Source of the DNA: a virus
DNA length: 64,000 nucleotides
Reading direction: 5' to 3' (one strand)
Virus record (IMG/VR): IMGVR_UViG_3300049433_000139
Location: 1-64,000 of that record
Shown here one piece after another: positions 47,210 through 56,327 of this stretch; the first letter of the stretch is position 1, and every line of letters begins with the position of its first letter. Both the position numbers and the translations under genes were made by a program. Under the pieces are notes generated by a model, which was given only the letters and a program-made list of their open reading frames with translations, did not search any database and had not been told where the DNA came from.

Positions 47210-48827
47210 CAGGCAGTGCGACGCGTGGCGGCATGAACGCTGCTATCCTGGTGGCCAGCCATCTGAATTTGGGAACCGCCCAACTGTTACCAAGGCTTTT
47301 ATAGCGCGGCCCGTCAGGGCAGGCGAGAGCGAGTTTGCGGCGCCATGGTATTGCCGTGTAGTCGGGTGACCACCAACGGCCGCTGTGGTCCTGCCACGCG
47401 CCGGGATAGGATGCGTGGACGCGAAACTGGAAACCCTGCAGGCGCTCGCACTCACGGGGCGTGAGACGTCGGACGGCCGAAGTGAGCACATGCGGCTTGT
47501 CACCACCACCACTGCTCGCGCGCAGCGCAAAGGCGCAGTCGTCGCCGAGTTCTGCCGTGCCGCCACCTTCACGGCCGCGCAGGGCTACTGTCATAGCAAC
47601 AGCCAAGTGACCGCCACCATTTTGATGCGAGTTGGAGTGTCCCATGGCACGCATTGTACTGGCGATTTCTCCAACGCCGAAACCTGATTGACCCGATGCC
47701 TTGCAATCGAATGCTATAATCGGCGTGCCTCGCCCTGTCCCATCCTCGCTTCCGTCCGCGCCTTCTGCTTTGAGAGCGTGAGATATCGGGCCGGTAACGC
47801 TCGTGACCGCAAGCATGGTGGTCGATTCGTAGTCTTGTGACGAACCCTCGCGCGTAGCGACACAACGCGCGAGTTGGGGAATGTACGTCTGCAGCGTGTC
47901 GTCGAAACTATCGTTACCCTTGGCCAATAGCGGACGAGACAGGACGGGTAGGAGGCCGCCGTCTAAGTCGAAATAGGTTCCAAGCCCGCCACCACCTGTA
48001 GTGCGGCTTGCAATTGTTCCGGTAACTCTTTGCCCCGCTTCTCTGCTCGGCGGAGAATCCCTGCGCACGCCTTCCGGCTCAAAAAGTACTGCGGCGGGAT
48101 CGGCCCCGTTTCCAAAATCTGCGACAACGATGACACGCTCGCGTCGTTGGGCCAACTGAAAGTATTGAGCGTCCTTGACAGTCCACGCGGCGCGTCCTTT
48201 GGGTCCAATGACCACCCCGCTTCGAGGCCACTTGATGTAGTGTGACTTGTGTTTGGCGCTCCATCCCCACTGCCGGGAAGCGCGACCGGGCAAAGGGGCG
48301 GGCTCGGTAGGAATGAAGGCTGTTGCTGCTCCGACAAGTCCCGCAAGAAAGCATCCAAACGCATTATCTTTGGTGCTGAGCACGCCGGGGACATTTTCCC
48401 ACACGACGTTGCGGAGTCCATTACCATCAACAAGTTCATGTGCGAGTCCTACGAATGCTAAGGTTAGGTTTCCGCGGGCGTCGTCCAGCGATGCGCGATT
48501 GCCGGCGATGGAAAAGGCTTGGCAGGGCGTGCCGCCACAGAGCACGTCAACGCGACCGAGGCGCGAAGTGCAGACCTTGGTAAAATCGCCGTGGTTGAGC
48601 ACGCGGGGGTAGTGGTGACGCAGGACAGCGGAGGGAAACGGTTCAATCTCAGCGAAACCTACGGGACGCCAACCGAGCGGTGTCCACGCAACGCTTGCGG
48701 CCTCGATGCCGGAACAAACGGAAAAGAAGCGGATATCCGGTCCAAACAGGGACCACGTTGCGTCTTGCAGGGATGTGCCTTGGTAGAGGACGTTGCGGCC
48801 TCGCCTAGTAGTGATGAGCACACTCAT
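47202..48827 (-). CDS. DNA (cytosine-5) methyltransferase
   Basis: CSGIE, GTPCQ, ENV, QRRERV, RRLTPRECERLQGF, YKSLGNS; start at ATG 48827. Confidence 0.92.
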   Translation of the reverse strand: MSVLITTRRGRNVLYQGTSLQDATWSLFGPDIRFFSVCSGIEAASVAWTPLGWRPVGFAEIEPFPSAVLRHHYPRVLNHGDFTKVCTSRLGRVDVLCGGTPCQAFSIAGNRASLDDARGNLTLAFVGLAHELVDGNGLRNVVWENVPGVLSTKDNAFGCFLAGLVGAATAFIPTEPAPLPGRASRQWGWSAKHKSHYIKWPRSGVVIGPKGRAAWTVKDAQYFQLAQRRERVIVVADFGNGADPAAVLFEPEGVRRDSPPSREAGQRVTGTIASRTTGGGGLGTYFDLDGGLLPVLSRPLLAKGNDSFDDTLQTYIPQLARCVATREGSSQDYESTTMLAVTSVTGPISHALKAEGADGSEDGTGRGTPIIAFDCKASGQSGFGVGEIASTMRAMGHSNSHQNGGGHLAVAMTVALRGREGGGTAELGDDCAFALRASSGGGDKPHVLTSAVRRLTPRECERLQGFQFRVHASYPGAWQDHSGRWWSPDYTAIPWRRKLALACPDGPRYKSLGNSWAVPKFRWLATRIAAFMPPRVALPAN

Positions 48828-51481
48828 TGGTGTGCCTTGCTTATCCCAACCAACGGCCGCCCGTGGCTGTCCGACCCGACGGTGTAGCGAACCCCGAGCC
48901 GGGGAATATCGGCGATATGCGCAGCGGAGCCGCGCACCCAAACCGCCGCGCGCTTGCCGTGAACCGTTGTTTTCTCCTGGCGAAAGCCCATGCGCTTCAT
49001 GATTGCGCCGCGTGCCGATGTGGCGCCGCCGTTGCGCCAACCGCACAGACTGGCGAGCTGTACCAAGTCCGCCGCTGTGATGTAGGACAGTGTGGCGGTG
49101 TGCTCTGCCGGCGCGAACCAATCCTGCAAAAGGACTTCCATGTCGGAAGCGGAACGCGCGGCTTCCTGATGCTCTGTAGCGGTTCCCCAAACGCTGCGGG
49201 GCAGGGCGAAGTCCGCTCCTTTAGACTCAAGGGCGGCAGCCTCGCCAAGTAGGGCGCGGATGTTGTCGGACAACCACTGCAGGTTCAACTCGCCTGGCAT
49301 GGCGACGGGCAGGAAGCGGCGGTTGCCAGTCGGATCCTGCAGCGGTTCGTCGCCGTTGACCGTGCCCAAGAAGATGTTGCGGCGGGGACGATTGGATACG
49401 GAACGCGCGTAGGCAGTGCGGCCGCGATCGACCTGGCGCGAAAGCATCGCCTTCACGTGATCGACGTTAGCGCTGTTGCGCTGCCCCATTTCGCCGATTT
49501 CAACAAGGCACTTGCCGGCAAGCGAAAGCACCAGCTCTTTACTGGCGTCGCCGAGTAACACCTCGTCCGAAAACCACTCGGTTGAGCGCCGTGCCAGTTC
49601 GGAAAGGGAGGACTTACCCATGTCGGCAATGATGGTCGCAATAGTCGACTTGCCGGTGCCTTGTGGTCCGAAAAATACCGCCATGAAATCGTGCTTGCAG
49701 CCGGGTTGCCGAATACGCCGCACCATGCCGCCGATGATGTTGCGGGACACGGCTTGGTGATACGGATCGCAGGGAGTCCCTGCGGTATGGGAAAGCCACG
49801 TCGAGAGGCGCGGCGAGCCGTCCCATTCGGCTTCGAGGGCGGCGAGGGTGTCGCGTGCAGGATCAACCGCGTTGGTATATGCGATGCTTTCCAGTGATTC
49901 CCAAAAGAACCGATCGGCCGGCCGGAACCGGATTTCTGTTCGATTACCGCGCGTGCGCAGTTTGGAAATTACGCTGTCATCAACAAAGGTCCAATCCGCC
50001 CAACGCAATTCATCGTCCACGCCGCCTTTTATTTCCATCCGTTCGAGCCACAGGTTCCAGCGTATTTCGAGGGAAAGCTGCGCGAGGAAGACAATGCAGT
50101 TGTCTGAGTTGTCGTTCTGAATTTCGCCTTTGTGGTCGCGCTTCCAGTCGTCGATGGTAACGAAGGCGCGTTCTACCTTGTTCGAAAAGGCGTTACCTGC
50201 GTGCTTGATCTTTGAATCGGGCAGCGTGCGGCCCATAGCGCGGACACGTCGGCAAACCGCTTCGAAAATATCCGGATGCACGTTCTGCAGAATACCTAAG
50301 ACGTCAATGACGCGGCTTGGAAGGAACTTCTGTGGCGGTTCCGCCATGGCTACGACACGGGATATAGCGTCGTTTAAGAGGTGGTAGAGGCCGTGGGCGT
50401 TGAGCGTGGGCGGAAGGGTGGGAACGTCGTCAGAAAGAGGGCGAGACGGCGCGTCGGACGTGGCTGCCAGAAACTCACGTAGGATTGCTTCGCCGTACTC
50501 GGCTTGCTTCTCGCCGCGGCCGAGCATGGGAATGCCAGCGGAGTGGAGGGTGGCGCCCGTGGCGGCGGCGAGGGCAGCAACGCCGTCGAACATCGCGGCG
50601 GAGGACTTGCGGATGGTGCCGTGCCAGCCGAGCGAATGGGCACGCTGCATAAAAGTGTTGAGCGTGACGGATTGCGGCGTGGGGTCGGTGGCGAAGGATT
50701 GCCACTTAGACGCCGCTTCCGAAGGGGTGCCTGGATTAGAATCGAAGGTAAGTTCCCAAAGCTCGAATCCGCTTTCCCCTTGGTCAAGCTTCAAAGCCAT
50801 TCCAATAGAAACCCAATCCTCGTAGGCGGTGAAAACGTCGCGTTCCGAGAGCCACGTCAAGAGGGCGGCAACGTCGCCTTGATCGCGGCTACCTGGCGGC
50901 GTACCTTGGGAGGTGCGCGGCGTAGTCGAGCGCATGCAGTGGGCAAGTAGTGCGTCGGGGCAGGGGTGTGGCGGCGCATTAGACATGAGCAGATAGGGGA
51001 GCGACTCGCCGTTCTCTAAATAGGTACTGCCGGCGGCGACCGTGTACCCTACCGCACGAACATTGATGCGTTTTTTTATTGCGTCGGGCTGGCGGAGTTG
51101 GGAGGCGTCGATGTGTGGCGGCACTGCGCAGTATACGTGCCACCCGCCTCTGGCCGACTGCACTGCAGGCGCAAGCGGGCCGGGCAAACCCCAATCCGCA
51201 CACAGTGAGCACCACAGCGACCACGCTTCGGTGCGGCCCGCTTCGCCGCCGGATGCGTCAATATCAACGATCACGAGATGCGATGCGAACGCGACGATTC
51301 CAAAGTTGCAATTTTCGTTTTCAGCGGCCCACTTTTTCCACTGTTCGGGATCGCGGCTAAAATCGTGTTTAAACGAACCTACGATTCCCGTGGGCGATTT
51401 GTTGCCCTTGGGAATTGGAAAAAGAGCCGCACCGTTGGCTGCGTAGTACGCAAGGTCGGTGGACAGAGCAGTGTCGTTCAT
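48824..51481 (-). CDS. Prim-Pol / PriCT-2 / VapE primase-helicase
   Basis: LFP..K.P..NFGI..DID..GGWHVY; YEDWVSIGMALK; GPQGTGKST..DPTGNRRF. Confidence 0.9.
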   Translation of the reverse strand: MNDTALSTDLAYYAANGAALFPIPKGNKSPTGIVGSFKHDFSRDPEQWKKWAAENENCNFGIVAFASHLVIVDIDASGGEAGRTEAWSLWCSLCADWGLPGPLAPAVQSARGGWHVYCAVPPHIDASQLRQPDAIKKRINVRAVGYTVAAGSTYLENGESLPYLLMSNAPPHPCPDALLAHCMRSTTPRTSQGTPPGSRDQGDVAALLTWLSERDVFTAYEDWVSIGMALKLDQGESGFELWELTFDSNPGTPSEAASKWQSFATDPTPQSVTLNTFMQRAHSLGWHGTIRKSSAAMFDGVAALAAATGATLHSAGIPMLGRGEKQAEYGEAILREFLAATSDAPSRPLSDDVPTLPPTLNAHGLYHLLNDAISRVVAMAEPPQKFLPSRVIDVLGILQNVHPDIFEAVCRRVRAMGRTLPDSKIKHAGNAFSNKVERAFVTIDDWKRDHKGEIQNDNSDNCIVFLAQLSLEIRWNLWLERMEIKGGVDDELRWADWTFVDDSVISKLRTRGNRTEIRFRPADRFFWESLESIAYTNAVDPARDTLAALEAEWDGSPRLSTWLSHTAGTPCDPYHQAVSRNIIGGMVRRIRQPGCKHDFMAVFFGPQGTGKSTIATIIADMGKSSLSELARRSTEWFSDEVLLGDASKELVLSLAGKCLVEIGEMGQRNSANVDHVKAMLSRQVDRGRTAYARSVSNRPRRNIFLGTVNGDEPLQDPTGNRRFLPVAMPGELNLQWLSDNIRALLGEAAALESKGADFALPRSVWGTATEHQEAARSASDMEVLLQDWFAPAEHTATLSYITAADLVQLASLCGWRNGGATSARGAIMKRMGFRQEKTTVHGKRAAVWVRGSAAHIADIPRLGVRYTVGSDSHGRPLVGISKAHQ

Positions 51482-52515
51482 GCGGCGCGAAGCGCTCTTA
51501 TCTTGGCGGCACGTTTAAGTCCCGCTAGGAGAGGCGTAATATCCACTACTGGCGGAACGGCAGCGCGTTCGCAGTTCTGCACCGCCTGCCGCCAATACGA
51601 CGGTTTCAGCTCGGCGCCGATCGCGCGACGACCCATTTGCAGCGCGACGTAAAGTTCCGAGCCGATGCCGGCGAATGGAGAGAAAACCGTATCGCCTGGA
51701 TTGCTCCAAAGATCGATGCATCGGCGAATTGGCGTGAGCTGCAGTGGCGCGATATGCGCCTCGTCTTGTTCCTCGCGCGCTTCCTTGCGGCTCAGGACGT
51801 CGGATTGAGCAATGTCCATCCATACGGGTTCGGCGTAGCGCTGCCATACCGCGATGGAATATCCGCGCGTGCCCGGCGTCGCGATCGACGGGACCATCTT
51901 CTGCGCGTCCTCGTTCCACTCGCGCGAGGGGAGCGTGTCGGTCGGAGATGCTTCGTTGCCGTAATAGGCGTCGAATTGACCCGCGACTCGTTCCTCGATG
52001 GGATTTTCCCCAGGTTTGCGCATGGTAATGATGTAGTCGGGCACGGCCATACGCGAGAGACAAGAGTCCTTGCAAATCTGCTTATGAAGAAGGCCAATTG
52101 CCTTGGTTCGCTGCATTGCCGACACGGGATCTTTGCGGATGACGACTTCGGAGTGATAGTAGAAACCGGCTTCCTGATGGGCTTTGATGATATCGCCGCG
52201 GAAGTCGCGCAGACCAATAAAACCGTCGCGCAGTTTCGACGTCGGAAGATTCATGCAGTGAATCGAAACGAGCCGGCCGGGTTTCGTGATGCGGTAGCAC
52301 TCCGCAATCAAGAATTTGTAATGTGTCCAAAATTGATCATCCGAACGGCAATTGCTCATATCGCGCGGGTCGTCGGAAAATGTGTAAAGCGAGCAAAATG
52401 GCGGACTGTACATTGTATAATGTACGGAATTGTCGGGTAGATTACGTGCGACCTCAACGCAATCGCCATTCCACAAACACCACTTTGCGCCGGAAGCTTG
52501 CTCTAAAATTTTCAT
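51478..52515 (-). CDS. DNA N4/N6 methyltransferase (beta class)
   Basis: GDC, SPPF, HIAPLQL, WSNPGD..PFAGIGSE. Confidence 0.9.
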   Translation of the reverse strand: MKILEQASGAKWCLWNGDCVEVARNLPDNSVHYTMYSPPFCSLYTFSDDPRDMSNCRSDDQFWTHYKFLIAECYRITKPGRLVSIHCMNLPTSKLRDGFIGLRDFRGDIIKAHQEAGFYYHSEVVIRKDPVSAMQRTKAIGLLHKQICKDSCLSRMAVPDYIITMRKPGENPIEERVAGQFDAYYGNEASPTDTLPSREWNEDAQKMVPSIATPGTRGYSIAVWQRYAEPVWMDIAQSDVLSRKEAREEQDEAHIAPLQLTPIRRCIDLWSNPGDTVFSPFAGIGSELYVALQMGRRAIGAELKPSYWRQAVQNCERAAVPPVVDITPLLAGLKRAAKIRALRAA

Positions 52516-53195
52516 GCTGCTTTCCTGAATTCTTGATTGGTATTTTGTTTGCTGTGAACGAACAAATGACAAGGACGACACAACAAAACGAGATTGCTCA
52601 ACGCAGCGCGGAGAGCTTTTACGCGAAACCCAACAATGTGATGAATGTGAAGTTTAGTGTCGTATCGCGCTGCGGCGCTTTGACTTATACCGCAGCGTTG
52701 ACAGCATTTATTATCGCGAGCGTAGACTTGTATCGATACAGCGCGCCATTCATCAGATGCATAAAACGCTTGTCGTTCCGGGGTTATGCCGCCTTGCCAA
52801 TGAGGCGAATCGGGGCCGCGTTTTTGTACTTTTCCTAAAAACGCAGATGGTTCGCCCTTCTTAAACCCAACAGTTGTTCCGCTATAACTGCCACGTTTAC
52901 GAGTCGGAATACCGTCGTCCTTGAGCCATTCCCATACGCGCTTAGAATTACGTCCGACCAACTTAGCAATTGCGGTGCAGTCTAGCCCTTCGGTGACGTA
53001 CTTCTGTTCCAACCATTCGCGCGTAACAGGTCGCGTCCGACGCTGCCACGCCGCCTTGCATGTTTTATGATCGCAAAAGAACTGCTTGATTGGCAGCCCA
53101 TTGGAAGGGTTTATCAAGCGACGGCGCAGTGCCTTTTCGCACTCGGTGCATTTTACGTCGCATATCGGACCCGTCGATATCGTCATGTGAGCCAC
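52512..53195 (-). CDS. HNH endonuclease with Zn-finger/HTH N-terminus
   Basis: RD..CQRCG..HIHHI..NLVLLCRPCHLFVH. Confidence 0.88.
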   Translation of the reverse strand: MAHMTISTGPICDVKCTECEKALRRRLINPSNGLPIKQFFCDHKTCKAAWQRRTRPVTREWLEQKYVTEGLDCTAIAKLVGRNSKRVWEWLKDDGIPTRKRGSYSGTTVGFKKGEPSAFLGKVQKRGPDSPHWQGGITPERQAFYASDEWRAVSIQVYARDNKCCQRCGISQSAAARYDTKLHIHHIVGFRVKALRAALSNLVLLCRPCHLFVHSKQNTNQEFRKAA

Positions 53196-54568
53196 GCCGG
53201 CAACGTGCCTGTTCGTTCGTGGGGGACCACGTGCCTATCGCCACGCAGGACGCGCGTCATTAAATCGCGGGTATGCTTGGACATTTCGTTGGCCATGTAC
53301 TCGGCAGCGGCTTCTTTCGCCGCGAGATTATCGACCACTGCGCCCTCCGCAGTTGATGCGATGAAATGGGCAGAGACGGGTTGGGTTTGACCAAAACGCC
53401 AGCAACGACGAATAGCCTGAAAGAGCTGTTCGAAGCTGTCATTAAGGCCGACGAAAACCATATCGGCGCAGGCTTGAAAGTTAAGTCCCCATCCTGCGAT
53501 CGAGGGTTTCGTCACAAGCACGCGAATTTGCCCGTTCACGAAACCCATCAGGCGCTTGGTTTTCAAGTCGGGATGATCGGACCCCTTGACTTCGACGGCG
53601 CCAGCGATCGCGGCCGTAAGCGCCTCGCTCTCCACGTTCGTATTGCACCATACGAGCCACGGGCGATCCGGTCGGCTGTTTACTAGGGCAGCGGCAGCGG
53701 CGACTCGGTCCACGGCGCTTTCCCGGCGGGCGCGCATTCGTTCGGAGAGGGAGCGCGCCACGGGCAAATCGGACGGAACGGTGATAAAATGCTTGTGCAG
53801 CGGCGGGAGGTCGTATCCGGGTTCGTCATATCCCAATTCGCGGGGATGCCGCAGCATCACGGACCAGGATGAAAGCCACGCCCAAAACTCCTGCTCGGCG
53901 TGACCCTTTAAGCGCCATTCCGCAACTGGTTTAGACCCGTGGTTGTTGACGTTTGTTGCCTTCATCGATCCGTCATGGACGAACCAAGTAGCAAGCATCT
54001 CTTTAGCCGAACAGACGCCCAGGAACTCGGCGTGGTTGCCGAGTTCAACGTAGTCGTTAGGTGCCGGCGTCGCAGTGCAGGGCAGGCGATACGGAATATC
54101 CGCAGTAAAGCGAATGAGAGATGAGCGCGTCTTGCTGTCATGCGCTTTGATGATGCTGGACTCGTCTAAGACGATACCGTCGAAGTGCGCGGGGTCGAAG
54201 TTCTGGATTCGGTCGTAGTTCGTGACGACGATGTTGCTGCGGATTTGGGACTGATCTGCGGCGTAGGCAACCGAATCGATGTTGAACTTTTGCGCCTCTT
54301 GGACGGTTTGATGCGCTACGGCGAGCGGCGCCAGCACGAGCACGGGACGCTTGGTCTCTTGCTGGACGGCTTGCGCCCATGAAAGCTGCGAAAACGTTTT
54401 TCCCAAGCCGGTCCCGGCGAACACGGCACCGCGTCCGCGTCGCAATGCCCATGTCACGATATCGGATTGAAACGGGCGGAGTGCAGCGGGAAGGGCGGGG
54501 ATAGTGGATAGGCCAACCGAATCCGGCTGCGTCATCTTGTCTGCGAGGAAAGCTTCGTAGGTGCTCAT
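53183..54568 (-). CDS. SNF2-like helicase
   Basis: GLGKT, DESS, TATPAPND, GWGLNFQ, QAIRRCWRFGQ. Confidence 0.9.
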   Translation of the reverse strand: MSTYEAFLADKMTQPDSVGLSTIPALPAALRPFQSDIVTWALRRGRGAVFAGTGLGKTFSQLSWAQAVQQETKRPVLVLAPLAVAHQTVQEAQKFNIDSVAYAADQSQIRSNIVVTNYDRIQNFDPAHFDGIVLDESSIIKAHDSKTRSSLIRFTADIPYRLPCTATPAPNDYVELGNHAEFLGVCSAKEMLATWFVHDGSMKATNVNNHGSKPVAEWRLKGHAEQEFWAWLSSWSVMLRHPRELGYDEPGYDLPPLHKHFITVPSDLPVARSLSERMRARRESAVDRVAAAAALVNSRPDRPWLVWCNTNVESEALTAAIAGAVEVKGSDHPDLKTKRLMGFVNGQIRVLVTKPSIAGWGLNFQACADMVFVGLNDSFEQLFQAIRRCWRFGQTQPVSAHFIASTAEGAVVDNLAAKEAAAEYMANEMSKHTRDLMTRVLRGDRHVVPHERTGTLPAWLT

Positions 54569-54813
54569 GTGAGGGGCACCGGACAAGCCGGAAGCGCGAT
54601 AGGACATGGCGGCAACTCTGCAGTAAGGCCCAACACCGCCGCCACGGCCCCGCTACAAGTCGGCTCAACCCGTATCGAATAGCCGTCCCCCTTGGACCGC
54701 TGCAACGATGCCTGATAGCCCCAACCATCGCCGGGCAAAGCAGGGTGCTTCGTTCGACAGATATTCAGCGCAACAAATTCAGTGCGATCGAGGGCGTCGA
54801 GAGGGAGGGGCAT
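54565..54813 (-). CDS. Hypothetical protein
   Basis: Follows cassette copy 14; coupled to the helicase gene. Confidence 0.5.
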   Translation of the reverse strand: MPLPLDALDRTEFVALNICRTKHPALPGDGWGYQASLQRSKGDGYSIRVEPTCSGAVAAVLGLTAELPPCPIALPACPVPLT

Positions 54814-54822
54814 GTGGCGCTT

Positions 54823-54853
54823 AAAATGCACCAAATTTGTAAAAAGTCAACAG
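54823..54853 (-). promoter_or_regulatory. Phage promoter/operator cassette, copy 14 (leftward early)
   Basis: CTGTTGACTTTTTACAAATTTGGTGCATTTT. Confidence 0.65.
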
Positions 54854-54956
54854 AAGTCCGGAACGTTCACAAGAAATGTGCGGCATGGAAAAAGGAACTA
54901 CTGCAGCGCTTGCTCGGCAAAACGCAACAGTTAGTAGCAACGGCGGCGGGCGGGTA

Positions 54957-55358
54957 CTACTTCGGCCGCCAGTTCGTGCCCTTCTCTTTCAGTTCACGGA
55001 TCAGGCGCTTCGTGAGGCCGTCCTGCGGGTTGATCCCCTTATCGCCGAGCGCCTTGATTGTTTTGGTCAACTCGCGGGCGTCCTCAATCGAAATATACTC
55101 GTCGCCCTTGTTCAAAACGCCCAACTTGAGCAGGCACCGTTCCTCGCCGCAGAAATAATTCGCGGACAACGTAATAGACCCGCTCGGCAGTACAGTGTAT
55201 CGCAGGCCCGTCACCATGTCGTCGGACAGGTTCGCCCGCGTCATAAGACTCTTGCCGTTTTGCAAATCCTTAGCGATGACAAACAGGGTTGCTTCTGTAA
55301 ATTTAGTACCCTTCTTCATAGCTTGCCGTTCGCCCTCTCGAACATATTGACGCGCCAT
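54957..55358 (-). CDS. Stand-alone integrase arm-type DNA-binding domain protein (DUF4102-like)
   Basis: DDMVTGLRYTVLPSGS..Y..LKLG..ISIEDARE..GINP; GGAGGT RBS; no catalytic domain. Confidence 0.7.
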   Translation of the reverse strand: MARQYVREGERQAMKKGTKFTEATLFVIAKDLQNGKSLMTRANLSDDMVTGLRYTVLPSGSITLSANYFCGEERCLLKLGVLNKGDEYISIEDARELTKTIKALGDKGINPQDGLTKRLIRELKEKGTNWRPK

Positions 55359-55386
55359 AATTAATCACCTCCAAAAGTACCGTTGC

Positions 55387-55560
55387 GAGTTGTAGAGCGC
55401 AAAACATTGGGGTGTCAATGAAAAAGATTGCAATAAGTGTTGACTTTTGGCAAAAGCAGCGGACGGGCCGGATTCGCCCCAACTGGGCAAGCTGCCGTCT
55501 CAGAAACAAGTGGCGATCTTTTACAAATCTGTTGACTTTTCCCAAAGTGCGTCTAGAAAT
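55387..55560. promoter_or_regulatory. Divergent control region: leftward TTGACA promoter and cassette copies 15 (55437-55467, no -10) and 16 (55529-55560) on +
   Basis: TGTCAA at 55413-55418; GTGTTGACTTTTGGCAAAA; CTGTTGACTTTTCCCAAAGTGCGTCTAGAAAT. Confidence 0.65.
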
Positions 55561-55600
55561 GGGACGGTACGCATCACACAACCCGCGGGGAAAACGCACT

Positions 55601-56266
55601 ATGTCAATTCGAATTACTCTGACGCCGGTCAACCATTCGGTGGATTTCGAGGTCGGCTCGCCTGAGGAAGGAATCTCCTTCGTTACCGAAAAGGGCGCGG
55701 CGCTGACGGCGCTGCTCGACGTGCTGGATCGGTTGCCCAAGGGCGATACGGCACTGGCAACGGAAACGGCGGCCCATGGCGAACCGGCCAAGGAACGCAA
55801 GCCGCGCGGCCCGAACAAGCCGAAGGTGGACGCCGTAGCCCCGGCGCCGTTGGCCATACCGAGTGCAGCGCTTCCCGCTCCCCCGGCGCCTTTGGCAGGA
55901 ACCGCCCCGATTGCGCCGGCCACCGCGCCCCAAGGCGACGACATGCCCGCATTCCTGAAACGTGACGCCAACAACGCATCGCCGGCCATTCCCGCCCCGG
56001 CCGCTCCCCCGCCGCCCTTGGCTCCGCCCGCGCCTCCCGTTCCGGCCGCTCCGCCGCCCACGGGCGTGCTTGCGGAAAAGATCATTGCGAACTTGGACGC
56101 GCGCGCGAAGGGCACTCCGGATGGCGGCAAGTCGATCGCCGATTGGCTCGCCGGTCCCGGCTGCGGCATCACGGTTCCGGGCGCGACTTATGCCGAAGCC
56201 ATCGCCGTGATTCGTATGACGGCGGATGCGAAGCTGGAACCGCTGTTGCCGGCGTTGGGCCTGTAA
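55601..56266 (+). CDS. Pro/Ala-rich hypothetical protein, first gene of the rightward arm
   Basis: MSIRITL start; central low-complexity region, DDMPAFLKR. Confidence 0.7.
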   Translation: MSIRITLTPVNHSVDFEVGSPEEGISFVTEKGAALTALLDVLDRLPKGDTALATETAAHGEPAKERKPRGPNKPKVDAVAPAPLAIPSAALPAPPAPLAGTAPIAPATAPQGDDMPAFLKRDANNASPAIPAPAAPPPPLAPPAPPVPAAPPPTGVLAEKIIANLDARAKGTPDGGKSIADWLAGPGCGITVPGATYAEAIAVIRMTADAKLEPLLPALGL

Positions 56267-56327
56267 GGCGGAGGGAGACGGGCCGCTGCGAATGGGCGCG
56301 GCGGCCACGCGGTAGGAGCGTTTTGCG

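Noticed and set aside
48828-49190. N-terminal extension of the C5 methyltransferase in the ORF track
   Set aside because: Overlaps the primase gene by 360 nt; an ATGA-coupled start exists at 48827
52512-53195. Intron or intein splitting a helicase-methyltransferase fusion
   Set aside because: HNH ORF overlaps both neighbours, leaving no room for intron structure; both flanking genes have their own start and stop
54957-55358. The prophage integrase or its pseudogene
   Set aside because: Short ORF with a clean RBS and stop, no catalytic-domain remnant downstream, and far from att
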